64,000 bases of DNA, taken from positions 5,456 to 69,455 of IMG/VR virus record IMGVR_UViG_3300025715_000024; one strand, given 5' to 3'. Both the position numbers and the translations under genes were made by a program. Shown here piece by piece: positions 56,186-64,000 of the stretch. Position 1 is the stretch's first letter. The number at the start of each line of letters is the position of its first letter. This DNA is from a virus. Its lineage: Duplodnaviria; Caudoviricetes. Under the pieces are notes generated by a model, which was given only the letters and a program-made list of their open reading frames with translations, had not been told where the DNA came from and ran no database searches.

Positions 56186-56788
56186 CTACGCGTCGAACGG
56201 CATACCCCACAGGTTGGTGTAGGTCGCAGTTCCTGCAGTGCCGCCGGTTCCAATAACATAACCAAGGCCTGCTGCAGCGGTGCATGCGCCGTCTGTCAGA
56301 ACCAGAACGGTTGCGGCGGGGGCGCTCAGGGTTACATAACCCAGCGGGCAGGCTCCATCCGGAAGGTCGGGGAGTTTGCAGGCTGCGGCTGCGAGAGTCG
56401 CGCTTGCATAATCACCCTTATCCACGATATTGCCGGGGCCGATAACCGTGCTCGAAGTTCCATCTTTACTGCAGATGAGGAACTTGGTCACTTTGTTCGT
56501 GCCCAGGGTGCCCTGTTTCGGGAAGTAACGGTTATCGCATGCCGCCACAGCCGTGAGAACACCGTTCGTGATAATGCTGACAGCATTCGTATTTTTAAAT
56601 CCGCAGGTCGTGCCGAGGGCTAAGGTCGGGGAGACCAAAGGCCCCTGGGTACCATTGGTACCACCGATGACTCTATTCGCGATGCCCTGAAGGGCTCGAC
56701 GCATAGCCTCCACGGGGAAAGCATCGTTAACGTCGTATTTGCTCGCGTTTACCTTTTCGCTTGCTTCATCAAATTTCTTATAAGCCAT
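56186..56788 (-). CDS. Putative head decoration protein
   Basis: RBS AAGGAGG, directly downstream of the MCP and HNH genes, beta-rich. Confidence 0.55.
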   Translation of the reverse strand: MAYKKFDEASEKVNASKYDVNDAFPVEAMRRALQGIANRVIGGTNGTQGPLVSPTLALGTTCGFKNTNAVSIITNGVLTAVAACDNRYFPKQGTLGTNKVTKFLICSKDGTSSTVIGPGNIVDKGDYASATLAAAACKLPDLPDGACPLGYVTLSAPAATVLVLTDGACTAAAGLGYVIGTGGTAGTATYTNLWGMPFDA

Positions 56789-56906
56789 TGTTGTTTCCTC
56801 CTTAAGGAAAATGGGTTGCGTTGTCCCAGACTAATGAGGTCAGATGGCGCGCCCGGCTGGGATGAGCGGGGCGCTTGTATATTCTCTCGGACCAACTCTA
56901 TCCGGA

Positions 56907-57386
56907 TTAATCGGTGCAGCATGCCTCAACAATTTTATGGCAGCGGTTGCAAAGAGTAATTAAGTTGTCCTCCTCGTTCGAGCCACCAAAAAACCTTTTT
57001 ACTTTGTGATGGACATGTAATGGCTTATCCATCGCGTAACATCTCTGGCATGTGTACCCGTCGCGATTTAAGATTAATGCCCTTAACTTTCTCCAAAATG
57101 TACGGTTGTAAAAATGCTTATCCAGCGGAACGGAATATGATGCAGCCCTGTCCTTGCATTCGTAAGAACAGAACTTTCTCCGGTCATCATGGCATTGGAA
57201 GATTTTAAAAGTCTTTCCACATTGGGGACAGACTCTTTTCAATTTAGCCATCTTCCTCTTGTCATTCCGATGGACATCGGCACATTCCGTTGAGCAATAA
57301 TTGGCCGTTAAGATACGCGAAGGAGAAACTCTGAACTCCTTTCCGCATTCCTTACATTCTAAAATTGCTCCCCTGAACTTCGCCAT
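56907..57386 (-). CDS. Free-standing HNH homing endonuclease
   Basis: Repeated CxxC zinc modules, RDGYTCQRC...LHVHH...NLITLCNRCH. Confidence 0.85.
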   Translation of the reverse strand: MAKFRGAILECKECGKEFRVSPSRILTANYCSTECADVHRNDKRKMAKLKRVCPQCGKTFKIFQCHDDRRKFCSYECKDRAASYSVPLDKHFYNRTFWRKLRALILNRDGYTCQRCYAMDKPLHVHHKVKRFFGGSNEEDNLITLCNRCHKIVEACCTD

Positions 57387-57419
57387 TTCTACTTACCTAC
57401 ACAGTTAAGGGCAAAAAAC

Positions 57420-58409
57420 TTAATCAGTACAACATGCTTCGAGTACAGCCATCCATGCGTCATTCAGGATAACGGTCGTCTGCATCGTCTTCCAGCTCAC
57501 GGAACCTCTCTGGCCCAACGGGTCGGACTTCGAAGGAGTGGGGTTGATGACGATGGGGGTGATGGCGTATTTGCCTTTGAGGGCAATCATGCCATAGGCG
57601 TCTTTGCCGAAATACATAATGGGATAAACGTCGCACTGGGCACCGGACGTGGTCAAAAGACCAGTCGTGGTCCCGGAGCCGGAATCCTCATAGGGGGTGA
57701 AAATGGTGGATTTGATGTAACGGACATCTTCACATGCACCAATTTCGGTCTCCCATGCGGCCACTTTCCCATAATCTGCAACGGAAGTGAAGCCGGTAAG
57801 GGCACGGATATCCGAGGTCATATCAACATGGGTCACGCCGACATAGGCCGGGAGGATGGACTCGGTGTTGAACGACGGGGTGGACTTTACAATGGAAGTC
57901 ACATGCTGGGCTTCCTGGCGTTCCAGGGCGCGGACAATCTTGCGCTGGTCGGCACGAATGGGGACGGTAGCCACGGCGGCGCGGTTAGCGGCATCGTTGG
58001 CATAGAAAACATTGGTGCACGCCTTTAAGACGTTATAGCGCAATGTTTCAACCGTCTTCGCGGCCTGTTCGCCACTTACCGCGATGGCTTCCTGAAGAAC
58101 CGGGTCTTCGTGGGTGTCCTGGATGACATCCGTGATTTCCACCAATCCGCCATACTGATACAGAGTGGCGGTGATGTCCGTCGCGGTCATCTTATCGGAC
58201 GCCGGAGTGACGCCTTCGGTCAGGGCCGTTGTGCGGAGACCCAGGGAATTATAACGCCGGAACTTCATGGACTGGGTCTTGTTGCCCGGCATTGACTTTG
58301 CCTGGCCGAATTTTTCCAGGCAGAGATAGGGCATTGCCCGTTTCAAAAGTTCTACTGCCGCATAGGCTGCGGTACGAGGGGTAATATCCCCATAAACTGT
58401 CATTGCCAT
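57420..58409 (-). CDS. Major capsid protein (N4-gp56 family)
   Basis: YGDITPRTA, KFRRY, LTEGVTP, EIGACEDVRYI and SDPLGQRGSVSWK. Confidence 0.9.
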   Translation of the reverse strand: MAMTVYGDITPRTAAYAAVELLKRAMPYLCLEKFGQAKSMPGNKTQSMKFRRYNSLGLRTTALTEGVTPASDKMTATDITATLYQYGGLVEITDVIQDTHEDPVLQEAIAVSGEQAAKTVETLRYNVLKACTNVFYANDAANRAAVATVPIRADQRKIVRALERQEAQHVTSIVKSTPSFNTESILPAYVGVTHVDMTSDIRALTGFTSVADYGKVAAWETEIGACEDVRYIKSTIFTPYEDSGSGTTTGLLTTSGAQCDVYPIMYFGKDAYGMIALKGKYAITPIVINPTPSKSDPLGQRGSVSWKTMQTTVILNDAWMAVLEACCTD

Positions 58410-58420
58410 TTTACTTCCTC

Positions 58421-59425
58421 CTATTTATTAAGAGCTTCCTCAAAGGCTCCTTCAAAATCGCTGGCAACAACCGTGGCTGGGTTGACTGAGCCGCGACGCC
58501 CGGTAACGGACTGCATAGCTTGTCTTTTCGCTTCACGCTTGGATTGCAAATCAACGACCTGAGAGTTTGCTGAGGATTGTGATTGCTCGATATTGTTCTC
58601 TTTCTTGAAGTCAGATATCAAGTCAGCCACTTCCTGCGCCTCACCGGCCTGGTACACATCGAGCATACCTTTTCGTAAATACCCGGGTTTGGATTCTATC
58701 CATTTCAGGATGGACCCATCATCACGGTATTTCTCATAATCCGGATGGGCACCGGCAATTGTGCCGAAGTGCTGCTCTTTTAACTGAGCTTCCCTCTCGT
58801 CTGCGACCTTGGTGAAGAGTTCCTGGGCGGGGGTAAGCTTGGAAAGAATCTCATCCTGGAACTGCTTGAGACGATTCTCAAAAGCTTCCATTGCTTTGTC
58901 TCTTTTTAGGCCTTCCATCTTGGAGACTATGTCAAAATCTCTTTCATATTCATCCAGCTCTTCCTTCTGCTCAGGAGTAAGAGAATCGCGGAATGATTCA
59001 TAGAGTGACTTCCCCGATGGTTTTGCTTTCGCCGCCAACTCCTCTTGTGTAGGGGTCGCAGGCACCTTTGTTGCTGCTTCCAACTTGGCCACCAGGTCAG
59101 CCTTTTCGGCTTCCCAGCTTTCTTTATCGTGTTTATGAACACCCACTAAACTCTTATAGCGCTGCTCATATTTCTCTTCCTCTAGCCGCTGAGCTTCTGC
59201 TGCAGCTTCGGCATCGGATTGAGCATTATTTCCAGCCGCAGGCTGGGCATCGCCAGCTGTGGAGGCTTCTGCATCAGAGGCGGCTTGAGCAGACTGACCC
59301 GCCGCCTCCTCTCCTGCCGCAGGCGCAGCTCCACCCTCTGCCGCATCGAACGCATCATTGAATACCTGGTCTCCGACTTCTTGATTTTCCAATGTTCCCT
59401 CGGCATTGGTGTCTTCTTTCGACAT
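58421..59425 (-). CDS. Capsid scaffolding-like protein
   Basis: Acidic, Ala-rich coiled coil directly upstream of the MCP, ending DFEGAFEEA. RBS AAGGAGAGG. Confidence 0.7.
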   Translation of the reverse strand: MSKEDTNAEGTLENQEVGDQVFNDAFDAAEGGAAPAAGEEAAGQSAQAASDAEASTAGDAQPAAGNNAQSDAEAAAEAQRLEEEKYEQRYKSLVGVHKHDKESWEAEKADLVAKLEAATKVPATPTQEELAAKAKPSGKSLYESFRDSLTPEQKEELDEYERDFDIVSKMEGLKRDKAMEAFENRLKQFQDEILSKLTPAQELFTKVADEREAQLKEQHFGTIAGAHPDYEKYRDDGSILKWIESKPGYLRKGMLDVYQAGEAQEVADLISDFKKENNIEQSQSSANSQVVDLQSKREAKRQAMQSVTGRRGSVNPATVVASDFEGAFEEALNK

Positions 59426-59444
59426 TTTCCCTCTCCTTTCGGTT

Positions 59445-59484
59445 AAAATAAAAAAGCCCACCAGGATTTCTCCATGGTGGGCCT
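59445..59484 (-). terminator. Rho-independent terminator just upstream of the scaffold gene
   Basis: GCCCACCA-tggagaaatcc-TGGTGGGC followed by TTTTTTATTTT on the minus strand. Confidence 0.65.
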
Positions 59485-59516
59485 TTGGTCTCGCGTGTTA
59501 ATTGAGCTTTAAGCCG

Positions 59517-59657
59517 TTATATCTGTAATACTTTTAACAACTTCCTTTTTAAAGCCTCAATAGATTTGAGTATTTCAACAACCTCATCTTTCCTGATGGC
59601 AACCCAAATTTGCTCGATTTCTTTCTTTTTGTTTGGGTCCTGCTTTACTTCACTCAT
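59517..59657 (-). CDS. 46-aa helical protein (moron-like)
   Basis: Translated by hand: MSEVKQDPNKKKEIEQIWVAIRKDEVVEILKSIEALKRKLLKVLQI. TTGACA at 59700-59695 upstream. Confidence 0.45.
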   Translation of the reverse strand: MSEVKQDPNKKKEIEQIWVAIRKDEVVEILKSIEALKRKLLKVLQI

Positions 59658-59716
59658 TTCTCGTATTACCTTATTAACACGTGATTTTCTAATTTGTCAA
59701 ACATTTCAAGCTAATT

Positions 59717-59977
59717 TTATTGCTGCGTAGGATAATCTCTTTCCAGGAGGCTTTTAATCCGCAGCAGTATATCAATCCTGCCCTGGTTTCTAATAACGGC
59801 GTTGGGCTCTGCCGTGTCATTTTCAATCCGGCAATCATTAAGCAAAATATCAAACAATTTCACTATGATTCCACCAGCATCCTGATGTTTTAGCGCCCTA
59901 AAATCCGCTATTGCCGCCGCCGCTACTGGATGGATGGGCCTGATAGCAGGTCCTCCTCCACTATTCCCCATTGCCAT
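59717..59977 (-). CDS. Conserved small protein downstream of the portal
   Basis: CRIENDTA...IRNQGRI motif, RBS GAGGAGG. Confidence 0.6.
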   Translation of the reverse strand: MAMGNSGGGPAIRPIHPVAAAAIADFRALKHQDAGGIIVKLFDILLNDCRIENDTAEPNAVIRNQGRIDILLRIKSLLERDYPTQQ

Positions 59978-59989
59978 AATCCCTCCTCG

Positions 59990-62293
59990 TTATTTTTCTG
60001 ACTTTTCCTTTTTAATTCCAGCTTTCGGCTTATTTGCCGCAGCCTTTTTAGCCTGGGCAGCCGCTTTACTGGCCTCCGCCTTTATCTTCATATCATGTTC
60101 CGCTTTTTGTTTCTTAATTCCAAGCTCCTGGGCCGCCGCAGACGCATCAGAGGCGATTTTCAGCGCATGCTCGTCCTCTTTATGGACCATTTCTTGTTGG
60201 TGGGCCTCATCTTCACGCCTCATTTGAGCCGCCTTGGACATTCTCTCGGTCGTGGCCAGAGCAACCTGCTCATCCTGGAGCCTCGGGTCCACCTGCTCCT
60301 GTTGTTCCGGCGGAGCCTGGGCCTTAACATTGGCTTCGACGTTCTTTTCCTTGGCCTTGGTGAGCTGGGCCATGGTCTGGGACTTCTTGTAGCCGATTTC
60401 AGCCTTCTGCATCTCGATGGCGAGCTGCATCTGGATGGAATTCTGCTCTTCTTCGCGGATTTTAGCCGCTTCTTCTTCAGTGCGCAGCTTAATGTTGATG
60501 TCATGGGCCTTAAATTTGTCAATAAGGAACTCCCGGCGCGGGATATAGACCCAATCCTCGGGGGTGAGTGTCGTCGATAGCTGATTCAGAGCCTGCATGC
60601 GGATTTCTTTCATCACCAGGGACGAAACGCCGCGCGCTTTACAGCGGAAATCCCCCTTAATATCTTTACGGGGGTTAAATTCCATGTTCCAGGCGTACAA
60701 ATCCGCTATAATTTTCTCGGTAAACGCGTCGAAATTCTTCACAACATCTTTAATGGAGATGGTAATCGTGGCCATACGGCTGGAGGTGGCCTGAGCCGTC
60801 TCATTACTGACGTTTTGAGCCATCATCCACGTGGGAAGCGTCGTCTCCTCATCACCAAACTGCTTAAAAGCCTCGACAATGCTCAATAATTCAGGGATAT
60901 GAGAATTGAATTCTACCGACCGGAGCGCAGGATACTGGGCGTCGATACCCTTTCCTTCCCGGAACCACATCTTCCGAGCGTAAACGGAGTTGTAATCTGT
61001 ATCCGGAGTGAGGAGGGAGATATTTGCCTCAACCTGGGGGCCCGCAACACACGCCCCGTTGTCCAATACCATTCGAGCAGCCGCGGCAATAGCGATTTGC
61101 GAATGGCGCATAATTCTTGCGAGACCTTCTCCAAAGATACTTGTTTCATCTTTCTCATAATAGAACACCTTATACTGTCCCAAAGCCCCCTCGTACAACA
61201 CGGCTTTGATTGGAACATTCCCCAGGAGCCATACATTAGCTGCGTATTCCAGGGTTACGTCAGGAACATCTAATCCACAAGCCTCCAGGTCACGTCCGTC
61301 CACATATCCCCAATATTCGAGAACCTGATACTTATTGCCGAACTGCCGGTTGGTTGACCGGTAATCTTCGCTGACAACAGTTCCAGAGGAGGTCATCGTT
61401 TTCGTGTTGGTCCCGGAGCCCGCTTCTACCTCAATCGTCTGTAAATCAACTTCCCAATTTTTGGCAGTGTAATCTCCATTAGGATGGTCCTTCATATATT
61501 GAGCAATCAAGTCGCCGTAGAAGTCGCCCCGCTTAACCAGTTGCCGCAGGTCGTGCTTGGTCATGACATGGCGCTCGAAAGAACCTTCAATCTTGTCCAC
61601 ATCCGTGGTACTCATATCCGGATACCAGTCCCAGATGCGGGTAAACTCAAAGAAAGGAATATCTTCCTTAGTTTGGTTTTCCATGTACTCTCCACCAGGA
61701 AGACGCTGCCAGCTTCTCTTTACCCTGGGATTCAGCATAATCCCTTTCATAATGCCGGTGCCATAGATAAGGCCAGAGCGAAGGACTTTCTTAACCTCTT
61801 CAGAGTAATCCATCTCGACAAACTGGTCATCCATAACGTTGGACATTTTCTCGCAGGCATCGACGGCATATTTCTTAATACCCATCCTAACATCGTCTTC
61901 TGACGGAGGGACCATCTGCCCGGTCTGCGGGTCCTGCTGCAATAAAGACATGACAATCTCCGCGACAATCTCCGCGTCAACCGTCGGGTCAGGAGAAGGG
62001 TCAATCTCCCAGTTCTTATCTGTCTCTGGGAAGAGCATTTCGTGCAGGCGCGAAAGAACAATGTTCACCTTCGCGCGAGTAAGCTTCGGATATACCCTTG
62101 AATTCCCCGGCTCAATCTGTACGGTTGGGTCATAAAGTCCCTTATACTGCCTGAGAGACTCCAGCCATTCCAGTTCTTTTACTCGACGATGGGCCTCGTT
62201 TGTAGAAAACTGGCCCTTGAGCCGGTATCCGAAACTGGCCATTACATCGTCATTACGCCTCGTTGGGTCGAATGCTGTCGCGATAGCGTCCAT
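59990..62293 (-). CDS. Portal protein
   Basis: 767 aa between TerL and scaffold. WLESLRQYKG, YPKLTRAK, SIFGEGLARIMRHSQ and a coiled-coil C-terminal barrel. Confidence 0.85.
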   Translation of the reverse strand: MDAIATAFDPTRRNDDVMASFGYRLKGQFSTNEAHRRVKELEWLESLRQYKGLYDPTVQIEPGNSRVYPKLTRAKVNIVLSRLHEMLFPETDKNWEIDPSPDPTVDAEIVAEIVMSLLQQDPQTGQMVPPSEDDVRMGIKKYAVDACEKMSNVMDDQFVEMDYSEEVKKVLRSGLIYGTGIMKGIMLNPRVKRSWQRLPGGEYMENQTKEDIPFFEFTRIWDWYPDMSTTDVDKIEGSFERHVMTKHDLRQLVKRGDFYGDLIAQYMKDHPNGDYTAKNWEVDLQTIEVEAGSGTNTKTMTSSGTVVSEDYRSTNRQFGNKYQVLEYWGYVDGRDLEACGLDVPDVTLEYAANVWLLGNVPIKAVLYEGALGQYKVFYYEKDETSIFGEGLARIMRHSQIAIAAAARMVLDNGACVAGPQVEANISLLTPDTDYNSVYARKMWFREGKGIDAQYPALRSVEFNSHIPELLSIVEAFKQFGDEETTLPTWMMAQNVSNETAQATSSRMATITISIKDVVKNFDAFTEKIIADLYAWNMEFNPRKDIKGDFRCKARGVSSLVMKEIRMQALNQLSTTLTPEDWVYIPRREFLIDKFKAHDINIKLRTEEEAAKIREEEQNSIQMQLAIEMQKAEIGYKKSQTMAQLTKAKEKNVEANVKAQAPPEQQEQVDPRLQDEQVALATTERMSKAAQMRREDEAHQQEMVHKEDEHALKIASDASAAAQELGIKKQKAEHDMKIKAEASKAAAQAKKAAANKPKAGIKKEKSEK

Positions 62294-62558
62294 TTGTCAT
62301 CACTCCTATGTTGCTCTCTATTTCCCTCATGATATATCGCCCTCTCCCGAGATTACGCATGACGACGTAATCTTTCCCATTGTGGTTCATGTCTATAATA
62401 TTGCTCTTTGTATCGTCTATCTTAACCTTAACCCGACCCCTGCCCATCTGCTCAAGACGAACCACATTAATCTTGATTCTTTCTTTTTTCCCGGCGCCTG
62501 GAAAATTTTCCTCTGGGCTCGGCCCATCTCCTGATTTAACCATTTTAATACCCCGCAA
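62253..62558 (-). CDS. Hypothetical protein
   Basis: 101 aa between TerL and portal. Confidence 0.5.
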   Translation of the reverse strand: MRGIKMVKSGDGPSPEENFPGAGKKERIKINVVRLEQMGRGRVKVKIDDTKSNIIDMNHNGKDYVVMRNLGRGRYIMREIESNIGVMTNGRYRDSIRPNEA

Positions 62559-63987
62559 TCCTATCTGCGACCCTCGGTATCTGCCGCCGCTTTAGCTGGC
62601 CCTGCAAAGCCTTCCAGCGTTTGTTATGCTCCTCCTTGTCCTGGATATAAAGACAAAGCATCTGCAACGAATCCGAAATGTGCGAGGCGAAATTCTTCAC
62701 CGGCATCGGCTTGTAATCTTCCCCGAGACTCTTCGGCTCCCTCTCGTAGTGGTATGCTCCATTAAGTGCTTTACGTAAGAAATGACAATTTGGGGACAAG
62801 ACGAACCCTGGCTCCCCGGCGTACATCTTATTCAAGAAAGCTTCCACCGCACCGATGCGCGGCATAATGGCGTTAGTGGGGGCGGGGACTATGTCCGACA
62901 AGCCGATTTCCCGCGATTGCAGGACTTCGAAACATGTGGATTCGTCTGTGGGCATACGGGAGGTCCCTGACGGGTCCCCGAACCCCATAACGCTCATACC
63001 GAAATACTTCCGGCGAAGCAGCGGTAATAATTGATTTTCGCAGAATTGGCGTAGCCCCATTCCGTCGGATACAAGTTCATCGAGAATTCGTAACTGCCCA
63101 AAAGGTGATATCTGGCCTATGGAGCATGCCGGTTGCAAGCCGAAGTCGAATCCGATTATTACATCCAGCCCTTTTTGGGGCTCAAGTACGTTCGGGGCCA
63201 CATGGACGTTATCCACAAATGACGCGAATACAGGCTTACCGGAGACGAGGTATCCATACTGTCCGTCGATGTAGATGCGTTTATACATCTCATCTTTCCC
63301 CTTGGCCAGATTGGTATAGTAACCCTTTGGTAGGTGTTTGGTGTTTTCTGCATGAGTTGATAACCCGCTCGGCTGCTTAAAAATTCTCCAGTTATCCGGA
63401 CGAACAACCTCAAACATCTTATAGAGGTAAGAGTCCTCATCCGGTGGGTTGGTATCCATGATGATGCCGAACCAGCTTGGCCCGCCGTCCCTCTTCGATG
63501 GGTATCGGCCGATTCGGGCATCCATGGCTTCAATAATCGTTTTCGGAATCTCCCTTACTTCATTAAACCACGCGCCAGTGACCTCCAGGGACAGCAGGTT
63601 GGACACCTGGTCTGGCCTATCAAGTGCTCGGAAAAGTATCTCAATATGCACCCCGGGAAACTTTGTGATAATATACATGTGGTCGGTGACTCGATATTCA
63701 CCAAAAATCTTAGGTGGAAACCAATCATGGAAGGTACGTATCGTAGTGTCTTTGAGTTGCCCATAGCTATTCCTCACCACCGCCCACCGGCTGCGGCGTA
63801 TCCCATCAGGCCCCGGCGCCTGAGCATGCGCGCGCCTTACAATCTCCATAACACAGGCGCTCGACTTCCCGCTCCCGAACGGACCCATGGCGCACCGGAC
63901 GCGCAAATCGCATAAAGTAAACTTCTTCAGCGTCGGCACATCCGAGTAATCATAAAGAACCTGAAATGGTTTTGTCGCAGTCGCCAT
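62545..63987 (-). CDS. terL: Terminase large subunit
   Basis: Walker A GPFGSGKS, Walker B AWFNEVRE, MDTNPPD, nuclease GFDFG and GDPSG, and SHISDSLQ. Confidence 0.92.
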   Translation of the reverse strand: MATATKPFQVLYDYSDVPTLKKFTLCDLRVRCAMGPFGSGKSSACVMEIVRRAHAQAPGPDGIRRSRWAVVRNSYGQLKDTTIRTFHDWFPPKIFGEYRVTDHMYIITKFPGVHIEILFRALDRPDQVSNLLSLEVTGAWFNEVREIPKTIIEAMDARIGRYPSKRDGGPSWFGIIMDTNPPDEDSYLYKMFEVVRPDNWRIFKQPSGLSTHAENTKHLPKGYYTNLAKGKDEMYKRIYIDGQYGYLVSGKPVFASFVDNVHVAPNVLEPQKGLDVIIGFDFGLQPACSIGQISPFGQLRILDELVSDGMGLRQFCENQLLPLLRRKYFGMSVMGFGDPSGTSRMPTDESTCFEVLQSREIGLSDIVPAPTNAIMPRIGAVEAFLNKMYAGEPGFVLSPNCHFLRKALNGAYHYEREPKSLGEDYKPMPVKNFASHISDSLQMLCLYIQDKEEHNKRWKALQGQLKRRQIPRVADRIAGY

Positions 63988-64000
63988 TAAACAATCGTCC

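Noticed and set aside
56805-56880. Hammerhead ribozyme (CTAATGAG near GAAA)
   Set aside because: It is antisense to the operon, the core is mismatched, and the required stems and cleavage triplet are missing.
56790-57420. Group I intron carrying the HNH gene
   Set aside because: The MCP has its own stop and only 33 nt separate it from the HNH start, leaving no room for an intron core.

Overview
This window is 64 kb of a tailed dsDNA phage genome. It looks podovirus-like: N4-gp56-type major capsid protein, portal, TerL and a giant ejected polyvalent protein. No host genes, tRNA or rRNA genes were recognised. Layout: (1) 1-7.0 kb (+), early genes (AAA ATPase, DUF3150-like, metallopeptidase-VWA) with an inserted integron-type gene cassette. 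(2) 7.3-10.7 kb (-), NinG-like nuclease, primase-helicase with iteron-like repeats, and an XRE repressor. (3) 10.9-25.1 kb (mostly +), accessory and recombination genes, a CDP-deoxysugar pathway, and a B12 radical SAM enzyme with an intein. (4) 25.0-64 kb (-), ejection, tail, glycosyltransferase, lysis, head and packaging genes. The best candidate for an unusual system is at 12.3-13.15 kb: the C-terminal part of a RAMP/Cas7-like protein is followed by a GAAA-tetraloop hairpin and a 450-nt non-coding array of NGY-NN pentamers. The array falls into 16 blocks, each opened by one extra nucleotide plus GGY. This resembles VIPR-type gapped RNA-guided systems as I recall them, but here the effector gene appears truncated and fused to an HTH start. 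The second candidate is a phage-encoded virion glycosylation system: a sugar pathway, a three-domain glycosyltransferase ending in an Aah/TibC-like domain, and Gly-Thr-(Ala/Asn)-Gly-Thr motifs recurring in more than 10 structural proteins. Family assignments come from motif recognition by eye; no database searches were run.
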